Assembly: GCA_045837725.1 (NCBI GenBank)
Contig: JBEWZL010000292.1
Coordinates: 124,001-177,105 of the forward strand
Direction of reading: 5' to 3'
DNA: 53,105 nt
Origin: Vermamoeba vermiformis
Lineage: Eukaryota
Within the stretch, counting starts at the first letter, position 1; every line of letters begins with the position of its first letter. The translations under genes and the position numbers were made by a program. Under the pieces are notes generated by a model. It worked only from the letters and a program-made list of their open reading frames with translations. It was not told the DNA's origin and did no database searches. Positions 11,668-22,787 of the stretch are shown here, piece by piece.

Positions 11668-14202
11668 ATGGCGCAACAACAAGTCCAAGGCCAGTCCATA
11701 ATTAAGTCGTGTCCTTGGGACCAGTTCTTGGACAGCAAACGGTTCAAGATCCCGCCTCATTTTGCAGATGTCAAACCCAGAGCGATTGCTAATTTAAAAG
11801 AAAATAATTTTAATTATATCCTGATCTCAACTGGTATATTGGCATCTGGATGGTAAGTAAATAAATTAAACGAACAAAATCCAAGTGAAATTGAATTTTT
11901 AAATTAATTTTAATTGATTCTCCGGAGGTATTTTTTCCCTATCCTCTCTAACAATATTCTATACTACAGTTTATTCCATAAAGCATTTGCGATCGCTATT
12001 TTCCTCACTGTAGCGTTATCTTTTGTATTATTTTATTTGGATAAACAACTGTCCACGCTTGTGAAGCGAGAATTAGATATTAAGCATAAATTGGCTGCGT
12101 TAGTGCTAGGTACGTTAAAAATAATAAGAAACAACTCCTGTACCATTACTAATTTGAATCTTTTAGGTATCTTATTTTTCTTGCTCGTTACACACAGCTT
12201 TCCCGTGTTCAAATGGTGCGCTATATTAATTGGATTAAGTACGTAATAATATGATATCAATACGACTCAAACTAATAATTCCCCAGTTGTATTGACGCAT
12301 CTGACCATTTTCGAACCTGTAACGACCTCACAACAAGTAATAACATAACACTAAATATCATGCTATAAGTTTTATTTACGCCTTGTATTTTTAGGTGAAT
12401 TTCCCTTCGCTGTTCGGAGGAGTCAAAAATGTGTTCGTGCCGCGCGGTCAAATTGCCACCACGCCCACCACAGCCACGAAGACTGAGACGAACAAGACTA
12501 ATACTCTGCGCAACACACCGACAGTGCCAGACTATCCCAAGACTGTCACAGCCACCACTACCCCTCCAGTCCCTACAAGAGAGTCTAAAACGTCCTTCCC
12601 GAACAAGCCTTTGCCTGAAGTTCCTCCCCGAAATCTCACCGGCAAAGCACAATTCGAAGCAGTCATTCAACAAAATTTGCAGCAGAAGTTATCAGAGCCC
12701 GCAACCAGTCCAAAAATGTTTCACCCGAGTCCAACAGTGACACCTGTCACTTCAGCACAGACCGGATCTGGCCCTGAAAGTCTCAAAGGTGTCAAAAGTG
12801 ATAAGCCAGACAAACGATTTTACATTGTGAAGGAGATGGTCGACACTGAGGACACGTACTGTCAGAACTTGTCGGTGATGCGTGACGTGTACATGACACC
12901 GCTGCTCGTGCTGGCCAATCAGCTGCCGAGCATTAGACCTGAAGACCTTAAAATCGTTTTCTCCAGCAGTGAAGTCATCAGCAATTACAGCGTAAAGCTC
13001 TTGGAAGAATTGCGTGAACGATTGAACGCGTGGAACAACGACAGAACTAAAGTTGGTGACATTTTCTTGCGCATGGCCGCGTTCTTGAAGACCTATCACA
13101 CGTACATTACCAACTACGCCAACGCCATCAGAACACTGCAAAAGATTCAAAAGATCCCTGAAGTCCAGGTGTGGATGGAGGTACGTTCAAAGTGCATGTC
13201 ACACGCAATAATTTTGACCCTTATTCAATCTTTCCATAACAGGAAAGAGATCGTGACCCTCGCAACAAGAACTTAGATCTCAGCAGCTATCTGATCATGC
13301 CTGTGCAACGCATCCCTCGCTACATGTTGTTGATTGAACAGTTGATCAAAAACACTGACAAGAATCATCCTGATTACCACGACCTCGTCGAGGCCAAGCA
13401 AAAGATTGACGTAAGAGTGCATAGTATTGAGACTTGCATAATTAACTAACACTTGACAGGTCGTGGCGCAACAATTGAACGAGGCTGAACGCGATGCTGA
13501 AAACATGAACAAAACTTTCAAGATCCAAGAGAAGTTGTCAGGTGACTTCGAGGTACTTAGAATAAGACATAATAACTGCTATTGAATCTTTGTCTAATTA
13601 TTCTTATTCAGACCCTTGTTGAGCCTTCACGTCGTCTGATCAAAGAAGGTGCCTTGCAATACTACAAGCCCAAAGATGTGACTAAGCCACACGTGAGCCA
13701 TACAATCAATATAGTTCGCGTGTCAGTAGCTAATTGCCGATTGTTTAGGGTGACCGTTACTTCTACCTCTTCAACGACGTCTTGTTGCATGTCAAGCTGT
13801 CAAAGAAGATCCAAAAGAAGAATTCTATCAGCGGTGCAGTGACACCTCAAGAATTGACCGCAACAGCCGCACCCAAACTGCAATTCAAAGAACAGTTCAC
13901 TTTAGGCAAAGAAGTCGCGCTGTCAGACATGGACGGACAACAGTTTGCACTCGTCGACGGCGCTGATTGGACCAAACGTCTTATCGTTCTTGAAGCCAAG
14001 TACGTTTCATGAACGACACGGCACTCACAAGCCCTTATTAATCTCGCTAATTAGGAACTCGACTGAAAAGAAGGAGTGGGTCAAGGCCATCGAAGATTGC
14101 ATTGCAGAGACCAGCAAGAAGAAGCGATTCTTCGAAGACAACATTAACAAGGTCGAAAAGCGACGTGTCAGCGGTGGCATCAATGTAAATCAGAACAATT
14201 AA
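11668..14202 (+). CDS. PRA1-like membrane domain fused to a RhoGEF (DH-PH), multi-exon
   Basis: N-terminal PWDQFLD..RFKIP....RAIANL..N..NY plus hydrophobic hairpins and a VLTHL motif (PRA1-like). DH domain: IVKEMVDTEDTY, YLIMPVQRIPRY. PH domain: RRLIKEG, YFYLFNDVLL, EKKEWVKAI. Confidence 0.8.
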
Positions 14203-14253
14203 TTTATTATTACAACATTTACAACTATTAGGCTAGACTTGTATATTACACAT

Positions 14254-15457
14254 TCAATCGATTTCCACTTCGTCGATCAAATCAGGAGGCAGTTGTGCCT
14301 CGTTGTTGATAGTAAAACTCGTATTATGACATAATTCGACTGCCGGGTACACTTTGCTGACCCCTTTTAAGTTCGTGAAGGCCACGCCTAGTGACTTCCT
14401 GTCGCAATAATATGTCACTGTGCCTTCGTCCAAGTCCACTAGCAGGCCTACACGAGCACCAACTTCCCATTTCTTGTAGTACTTGCGGTACTCTTTGTTA
14501 TGCACGAGACCACTGAAAAACGTCGAGTCGTTGTTGTAGAGCCTCAAAGTCCAGCTGTGTGGACTTTCACCGAGTCTCTCGAGCGTGTAATCATGTTGCG
14601 GTGCTGCAAGGCCAATGCTGGAGAAACATCCTAGCACGTGAAAGTGAGTAATAATGTGACCCGATGACACGTGTCACTTTTCGTACCTGGTGACTTGTTC
14701 AGAAATATCTCAAAGTAATGCCGACCACTAGAAAATGACATAGTCGTCCGTACAAACAACTGGCTTTGGCAAGGTCCTATTAAAAATGTTAGTACGTAGC
14801 GAGTTTAAGTCGACAAGTGCGATCCTTACCTTCGTATGTTGCCGTGATATTGTTGGGAATTGGAACTAACGGCGACTTATGACCAGTGTCCCAATGTAAT
14901 TTATCAATATGCACCTTGGACTTTTTCGTTGTTTTTTGCAATAATTTTAGCAGTGAAGGGATCTGATAAAATTCGGCTTCCAGAAGCAACTCTTTGTACA
15001 GATCAGGGTTCGTTGGCGGTATTAAAATTCCAGTCCGTAAATAATTTAATATCGTTCGAAAATGCAAGCCTATTATTTTGTTAATAGAGCTCCAAAGCTT
15101 CGGATTTTCAAACATACCGTCACGATCGATGAAATAATTTCCATCCTTATCCGGAGTGAGCTTATAACGTCCACTGAACATAGCTGCTAGCATGCTCTCT
15201 TCTTTTACCAGTGTTTGTAAAGACGTAGTGTACACTTGGCCTCCGACATTTAACGTGACGACTGATTCGATCGGCTTGATCACGTCCTTCATTTTTTCAA
15301 TTTCTTCCTCTAAATTATGTTTTTTATTTTGTAAATCTGTAATTTCTCGCTCTTGATTTGCCTTCCATTCGAGCAGCTCTGTTTCAAAAGATTTAATTTC
15401 TCCCAGCCATTTATCGTATAATTTATCCAATTTCCCTCGTAGGGTTTGTTGCTCCAT
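14254..15457 (-). CDS. Coiled-coil + KCTD-type BTB/POZ + SPRY domain protein
   Basis: VTLNVGGQVYTTSLQTL..SMLAAMFSG..YFIDRDG..FRTILNYLR..EAEFYQI; C-terminal VGLLVDLDEGTVTYY....LGVAF....YPAV (SPRY). Confidence 0.88.
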
Positions 15458-15591
15458 ACTTGCTGACTAAATAAACCATAACTCACCAAAAAAATCTGCT
15501 TCTGGATCCACCGAAAATTGCCCCATAAATTCCCCGACAAAATTTCAGCCAAAATGTTTTCGAGTATTCCAACTGATTATTGAATCGCAGT

Positions 15592-18500
15592 TTAATTTTT
15601 ATTAGGGTGCTTTGAAATTTGTGCAGCATCGACAGACGCTAGTTGCTTAAGATACTCTTGAGCCTCTTCGCGGGATGTCTTTCCGGTGTTAATCTGCCAC
15701 ATGACCAGTTTGCCCATGTAATAACCAATCTTAGGAGAAGAGGGCAGCTCCAATAATGCCATGATGTCGTGGCCTGTTAATATGGGACGCATAGAGATGG
15801 TTCTGAAGGCAAAGTCGTTCTCGTTCAATCGTCGCATTAAGGCCTCTTCTTGCGCGTACAAATTGGGGTCGTTGAATTGACCGATCCTAATTCGATACTG
15901 TTAGGCACCTACTACATGGCCACTCTATAACAACTTACTGGTCCATAGACTCGACGCGCAACAGTCGTGACAAGTACATGACGAGCTGTGAAAGGCAAGT
16001 TAAGGAATGAAAAATGTCTGTAGTCTAATGTGTCAAACAGTAAAGAACATGTTAAAAGGATACGGCCCAAGCTTGCGAAGACACTTTACGAAGCCACAAG
16101 CCCAATGCCTCAATGGACACGGTGCTGTACTTCGCGGCGAGCTCCTCTGCAGTGTACTTCTGAGTAGCGACGATACCAGCCTCCTTGTTGACATTGTCCA
16201 ACAGTGGCATGAACTCCAAAGCCATTTGCAGCACGTGCAATACTGAGTCTCGACGGCCACTGCGAATCTATCGAACGAATGAGTCAGTTGTCAAACATGA
16301 AGGCGCACGCGTACCGCTAACTTGGTGCACAAGTCACGTGCCAAGCGGTAGCCGTTCTTTTTGTCGACAACAGGGGACACAAAGGCACCCAACAATAGAT
16401 CGTTGTACACTTCTAATTCGGGTGTGTTCAAAAATATTCTAGAATCATAAGTTTAGCTGAAGTAATGTAAACTATGTCCGTGACGTACTCTGCAAACTTT
16501 TTGGTGCGTTCAACGGCCAAATCTAAGGAGAATTTGTTATCCTTATTGAAGGCCAGGACGGGATAAAAGACGTTATCGATCAATCCGCATTCGTGGAAGT
16601 AAGCCACGCCACGCACAATCTTCGGGGTTGGCAGGTCAAAGATCTTATCGACTTCAATGCCGATGCGTTCCGGAGACACGAGCTGTCGCAACGCCCTTTT
16701 AGTGTCCTCGTGCCTGAGTGATTTCAAGAGCAGCTCGTCAATCTTAAAGTCAAACTTGCTTGCGAATCTGACTACACGCACAGCACGCAAAGGATCTTCG
16801 AGAATAGTGGGGTCAACTTGAGCATCTAATAAGAGTCTTAATATTTGTCCGCACGAGGTGCTAATAGTGCATTACCCTTGAGCTTGTCAGCGTGCACAAC
16901 TGAGTAAGTGGTGCGCAACAAACCAGCCTTCAGATCGGCAAGAGCTTGGCCGGAAAAGTCTTCAACGGCCTCAGTGGTCAAATTGTAGTACAGACTGTTC
17001 ACTGTCAAATCACGTCGAGTGATGTCTTCAAGAGGTGTGCCGAAGGGCTTGAAAAGAGAATTAGATCAAATATTAAGACAAATATTATTTGTACGTACAG
17101 TGGCTGTCGGAATTCTGCTGTTGGTGTCGTATTCCTCGGAACGCAAATGATTGAAATTGACTTCAAAGTCGTTGAGGTGCATAATGGCAGTTTCCAAGTG
17201 TTTTGACTTGCTAGGATTAACCTTGACAATGTCTACAACAATCTATTAATATCATGCAAAACACCAACACGAGCGTGTCGCTTACGAAGGTTCTGTTCGT
17301 CGCCGTGGCTCTTCAAATAAGTTTGCACGAGTGTCGCAAAGTCAACGCCAGTCAAATTATCGACGGCAATGTCAATGTCGCCAGCATCATTGCCCAACAT
17401 TTTGTCGCGGACCCAGCCTCCAGCCACACGCAAGACAGTGTCCAATTTGAAGTGCTTGACAGTTTCTTTCAAAATGTCAAAAACTTTCTTCTCCGCGCTG
17501 GTGATGGTGATGTTGGCAGGCTTGACGACCACAGGTGCCTCGGGGTGTTGGACTTTCAATTGCTTTTTGACAATCTCTTCAGTGTTGGCCTTGTTGCGGT
17601 GCGGGTTCAAGAGCTTGGCACGAGGCGCAGATTCACCAGTATTGTTAGTGTTAGCGTTAGGGTTGTTGTTCCTCGGCTGTTGGTTTCTCGTGCGCTGTTG
17701 GAAGGGCTTTCTATTGTCGCCTTGTCGGGGTCCATTGTTGTAGTTAGATCTGTTCTGAACATTATTTTGTTGGCCAGATCCGACTTGTTGATTATTCTCA
17801 TAACTTCGTTGTCTATTGGCTACATAATTATTTCTTTGTCGTTCACCGACGGCACCCAAATAGCTATTATTAGTCTTATTCTCGCCGCTTGGAGTTGCTT
17901 GTGGTTGCTGAGTTCCTTGTTCAGTAGGCTGATTATTATTGCTAGTGTTGGGTCTATTATTATTTTCGTTGCGGTTATTGTTATAATTGTTGTTGTTATT
18001 GAACTTCTTCACAAAATTAGGGTTGCGTTCCCCGTTGTTGAAGCGCTTTTGCTGATCTGGGTTTCTATTTTGATAAGGTCTGTCATTTCGATTAAATTGA
18101 CGTCTATTGTTATCCCTGTTATTAAATTGAGGCTTATTGTTGGTATCTTGCTTTGCCTCTGCGCTGGGTGGCTGAGCAGCGTCAGCAGATGTCGAATATT
18201 TGTTTCGGCTCAGCTTGGCGCCCAAAAGTGACGTGATGGGTGCTAAAAAATTAAATCATTAGATAATTTACTGAACGATGTTTTCTAGAATTTTATAGAA
18301 TATTCTAAAATTATTTGGGATCAAGATCGCATTAGATCGACCTATTATCAATTAAATATTAGCGCTACACTATGTATTTTAATTTTTCGATATTTATTAT
18401 AGCCAAGAAAACAGCAGATCTTGGATTTACCTTGGATGCTGCGAGATCCGGCCACAGACTTTTGAAGTCCTTGCAAACAACTTTTAACTCGCAAAAACAT
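15592..18500 (-). CDS. Class II tRNA nucleotidyltransferase (CCA-adding enzyme) with a likely mitochondrial presequence and an N/Q/R-rich extension
   Basis: LRVAGGWVRDK..G....DIDIAVD, NPSKSKHLETA, SRIP loop, EDITRRDLTVNSLYYN, EDPLRAVR..RFA, VSPERIGIE. Exon 1 (ATG 18500, MFLRVKSCLQGLQK...) splices in frame. Confidence 0.88.
15986..16063 (-). other. U12-type (minor spliceosome) GT-AG intron in the CCA-adding enzyme gene
   Basis: Donor GTATCCTTT, branch site TTCCTTAAC 13 nt before the exon boundary (acceptor CAG); splicing gives an open frame QAWA|LVMYLSRLL. Confidence 0.85.
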
Positions 18501-18576
18501 TTGAATTATGTTGATGCTACGAAATATTGAACAGAACAAATAACACAGACGCAGCGTAAATTTTTATTATACAATT

Positions 18577-19209
18577 TCAGCGTTGTTTGTGTTTTATTAA
18601 ATATTTAAATTTTTTTTTTTTTTTTTTTTTTGAAAAGATCCGAAAAAAAAAATGGTCTTCTTGCTCCGAACCATAAGTCCAAGAATTCGTTTTGTCAATT
18701 ATTGACCACCCGCCTTCATTACTCAAATGGGCGGAAATTGACCAAGCTGGCCAGCCTACGTGTAGAAACTTGTCTTCAGAGGTAGGTTTAACGTCATCAG
18801 GGGCATCACAAGCAAGTCTAAACACTGGTGGAAGAAGATCCTCTTTTTTCAGCACCAACAACAAGCTCCACGCACGCACAGTGAAAAGCTCAGGTAAGGA
18901 TTTGACTTCATCATCCTCCAAGACTCGTTTGTAATAATCTAAATTGGTGAGTAAGTCTGCTTTCGTGGATAAAAGCATTTTTTCGCTTTGGGTCGGGGAT
19001 TTCATGTCTTTGCTGTCACTTGGAAAAGCTAATTCATAAAGGCGCTCAATTACAGCAACAACATATTTGCGGTCAGCGACGTTTAAGTAAGGTCTCGTAT
19101 CAGTTGGTTGTGCAAGAAGCCCTTTTGCTACTGATTCAGAAAAATTAGAACAGGTCTGAAAGAAAGAGGAGAACTTACGGTGCACAGAATCATGAATGTT
19201 TTTGTCCAT
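18577..19209 (-). CDS. Hypothetical protein, apparently intronless; C-terminus uncertain because of homopolymer runs
   Basis: ATG at 19209 (MDKNIHDSV...), about 210-codon ORF with globular-looking composition; no recognised domain. Confidence 0.55.
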   Translation of the reverse strand: MDKNIHDSVHRKFSSFFQTCSNFSESVAKGLLAQPTDTRPYLNVADRKYVVAVIERLYELAFPSDSKDMKSPTQSEKMLLSTKADLLTNLDYYKRVLEDDEVKSLPELFTVRAWSLLLVLKKEDLLPPVFRLACDAPDDVKPTSEDKFLHVGWPAWSISAHLSNEGGWSIIDKTNSWTYGSEQEDHFFFRIFSKKKKKKKFKYLIKHKQR

Positions 19210-19466
19210 CTGTGGTTGTTGTGTGGTTACGGAAATTGAGAATGGCAGAATTACCGACAGAAACTTTTGTTTCCTTGCAGCCGCAAAAACTCCAGCCAAT
19301 CATGGCAGAGATTAAACGCGAAAGAACTACCGAAAGTCGAACTCGTGGTCAACAGCTAGCCGATTTTGCTTTCCACAATGGCGAGGTGCCTGCTTTTGAG
19401 ATTATTTCACAATTTTGACGCCATTTTATAATTTTCCAACCACAAAACCACAGACCTCGCAGCACA

Positions 19467-21018
19467 ATGGCCGATAATTCTTATCCCAACCACAATGAAC
19501 AAAAATACGTTGCTTCGATGCTGTTAGGTACTTAATTAAGCTCAGCACAACGGAATTCCGAAAGTTGATGATTTATTTTTAATTACAGCGGCTGTCGGCG
19601 ATGCTATTGGCTATAAAAACGGTTCATGGGAGTTCTGTAAAAGCGGTAAATAATATATAATAATTATTTTGAATAAATTGTTGAAATACTTGTCAGGATC
19701 TGTCCTGCACCAGGAAGCTGAAGCTCTGGGCGGAGTTAGCGCTATTAAAGTCGATCCCAAAAATTGGATTGTTAGTGACGATACGGTCATGCACATTGCG
19801 ACCGCTAAAGCTCTTCTCGCGATTTCTACAGTAAGTTCGGAATCCAAACTCGAATTCTTTAATTTCAAACAACAATTAATTCCATCCTCACGGTATTGCA
19901 GGACAAAAAAGAATTATATAACCATATTTGCGAAGAATATGTCGAGTGTTGGAAAGACATGAGCGGTCGCGCTCCTGGCGTACAATGTGCTGACGCCATG
20001 CCTTATTTGAAGAGAGGCAAGCATTAAACTCTTATTATAATTTATAATTAGTACTAATGATCGTTTCGACAGGTCGATGGGAAGCAGTACCTTTCTCCGG
20101 TCGTGCCGGTGGATGTGGTGCTTGTAAGTTGGTCCTAACAGCTACATTCACAATACACGTACTGATAGCACGTGCACAGCTATGAGGTCAATGTGTATCG
20201 GCCTTGTTTACTACAAACCCGAACAATTGGACGACTTGATCGCCGTGTCAATCGAGGCAGGTCGTATGACACACAATCACCCGACTGGCTTCTTAGGCTC
20301 AGTAGCTGCTGCACTCTTCACGAGCTACGCTGTGCAAGGCGTGCCTGTCGATGATTGGGGTCGATTGCTCGTCACTGACGCACTGCCGAAGTGTTACGAG
20401 TACTTGAAGACTTCGAAGCGAGACTACGACTCATATACAGCTAAAGAGGAGGCCTTTAAATACTTTGAAAAGCACTGGTGCGTCACTGCTTAAAGCACGC
20501 GTTAATAGGCTCCAAACTAACGGTTACTCGTGCCTCCTGTAGGCAAGATTACATCACCCTCAGAGGCATTGCAGAGCCAGGACACGGGCCTGCCAAGTTC
20601 CCCGAGACTTACGGTGTCAAAGAGCGCGATCAATATTACAAGAGCATTTCATTCTCGGGCTGGGGAGGCAGTTCAGGACATGACAGCGTCATCATTGCCT
20701 ACGATGCCTTGTTGGGCAGTGGCGATGACTGGATTGAGTTCGTGAAGCGCGGAGGTACGTGCCTCGAGTCTAGATGATACATACGTCTAATTGTCGCTAC
20801 AGCTCTCCACGGAGGAGATTCAGACTCGACCGGATCCATCGGTGCCGCGTGGTGGGGAGTGCTCTACGGCTTACAGTAAGTACTTGACTTCACTCAGAAC
20901 CTCACATATTGATTGTATCCACTACAGTAACGTGCCTTTTAACCACTACAAAGAGCTAGAATACCGAGACGTTGTAGAAAAGTTGGGCAAACAGTTGTTC
21001 GCGAAATCGAAAAATTAA
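19467..21018 (+). CDS. ADPRH: ADP-ribosylarginine hydrolase (ARH1-like), multi-exon
   Basis: [76 protein letters not shown]. Confidence 0.92.
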
Positions 21019-21182
21019 CAACTAGCCGTTAGCCGTTGTGAATATGCGAAAAATTAAATAGGGTTGTTTATTAATGTAACAATTTTGAATGGAAGGTCCA
21101 TTTCATTTTTAAATTAAATAAGGGTTGAAGTCCAGGTATTTACAAAGCTGAGATCAAACGAAATTGGGCGCGAAACCGCGTT

Positions 21183-22591
21183 TTAGTTCGATCCAGACTG
21201 CTCTTGGCCGCTAGATTGCTCACCACTGCCCGACTGCTCCTCGGCACTACCGGACTGTTCTTCGCCGCTGCCAGACTGTTCTTGACCGCTGCCCGACTGT
21301 TCCTCGCCGCTGCCAGATTGCTCCTCGGCACTGCCTGATTGCTCTTCACCGCTGCCTGATTGCTCTTGGCTGCCTGATTGTTCCTGGCTTCCGGATTGCT
21401 CCTCGCTACCGGATTGTTCTTGGCTTCCAGACTGCTCTTGGCTGCCAGATCCCTCCTCGTCCGACTCTTCATCCGAGCCAGAGACCTCTGACATCTCGAT
21501 TTGGGCAGGGACTTGTTGGATAATGACGATGGGTGCAGGTGCGGCCATTTGGGGCTGAGCGTTGATGGTCTGAGGCGAGGCAGTGTTGCGCTTCTTGTCC
21601 TTCTCGTCACTTTCGGATGAACTCGAAGACGACGAGTCCTTGGTCTGAAGAATTGCCTCGAGGTTAGTACCTTGCATAATAGTGCTACCACGATAGATAG
21701 TTACGCACCTTGCGCTTTTGTCTGCGCTTGTAAGCAGTGCCTCCGCCTTCAGGGCAGCACTTGGTTCTGAAGCACGAGTTTCTGCAAGCACAGCAGAGGA
21801 TCAAGAAAATGATGACGACCAATGCGCAGATAACACCCCAGATGATGGCGACAAGAATAATAACGAAGGAATAGCTCGTCGCCAACTCTTCACCAGAGTC
21901 TGACAAAGGTGAACGTTAGATCGATCAGACAGAAACTTTACATCGGATGGAATAAAAAGAGCTGGCGAATATTATTTTGATTAAATAATGGAATCAAAAA
22001 ACTTACTTCTGCATTGAAGCCAGTACCAGTATAAGGGGCAGTCGTCTGCCGTGTTGGGACCCACGATCGAGCCATCCAAGCATAGTTTGCTAGTATCGCA
22101 CCAAACGCACGCGCTTTCAGTAGTACATGATGCGCAATCGGTCTTCGCGGCACAATCTGCATAAATATGAGTTGAGATACTGATCCAGATAATCGACCGT
22201 AAATTAAAGTTAAGAAACTGAAATCTTATAAATTGGAATACGAAGCACGTCGTTTGTGTATATTTGAATCTGCATAATTGTATCGTGTGCAAAATAATGC
22301 ATTGATGATGAGCTGGAGTCACATTCGCAACCGAAAGTCAGTATTACCTTGTGCCAAACCTAAGTGAATAATATTGTTAGAATACAATATTTATTATAAT
22401 TAAGTAACAATAAATTACTCGAGTGTTATTCAAATTTTGTAATTATTTCGCGTTTGTAACGTTTACATCTATCAAGATTTTGTTGCTTTATCAGTATTAT
22501 ATTTAATTGTATTGAGCAATATATCAATATAATAGCACGTACCAATGCTAATAATACTAAGTAAAGCTGCTGTCGCTAATAACCACCGCAT
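21183..22591 (-). CDS. Type I membrane protein with a PSI-like Cys-rich ectodomain (PTTG1IP-like) and an S/G/E/Q repeat tail
   Basis: Signal peptide MRWLLATAALLSIISIG, 12-nt micro-exon, CAAKTDCASCT..SACVWC....C...C...WYWLQC, a TM helix, Cys-rich juxtamembrane region, repeat tail. Confidence 0.8.
21190..21452 (-). repeat. Coding minisatellite of 18/21-nt units encoding (SGS[Q/E/G/A]E[E]Q)n
   Basis: Translation SGSQEQSGSQEQSGSEEQ...SGSGEEQSGSAEEQ... Confidence 0.9.
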
Positions 22592-22787
22592 GATTTGTCA
22601 ACGATATTGTATGCTTGCTTTGAATGCACGTAGTAGACAGCAGGGACTATATGAGCTGTTTACACACGTTTAAAGTATAAAAATAAAATAGAATGAAATA
22701 TTTTGAAACTCGTTGCCAATAAACAGCCCAAATTTCCAACCAGGGAAAAATCTCGAGATCGGTCTCGGGCCATTTTCGAACATCGAG

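Noticed and set aside
17254-18231. 325-aa hydrophobic plus-strand ORF
   Set aside because: Antisense shadow of the Asn/Gln-rich exon of the CCA enzyme; AAT/AAC codons read as Ile/Val on the other strand.
21140-21691. 183-aa alternative-frame ORF (AAKSNQ repeats)
   Set aside because: A by-product of the stop-free minisatellite; splice phase supports the SGSEEQ frame.
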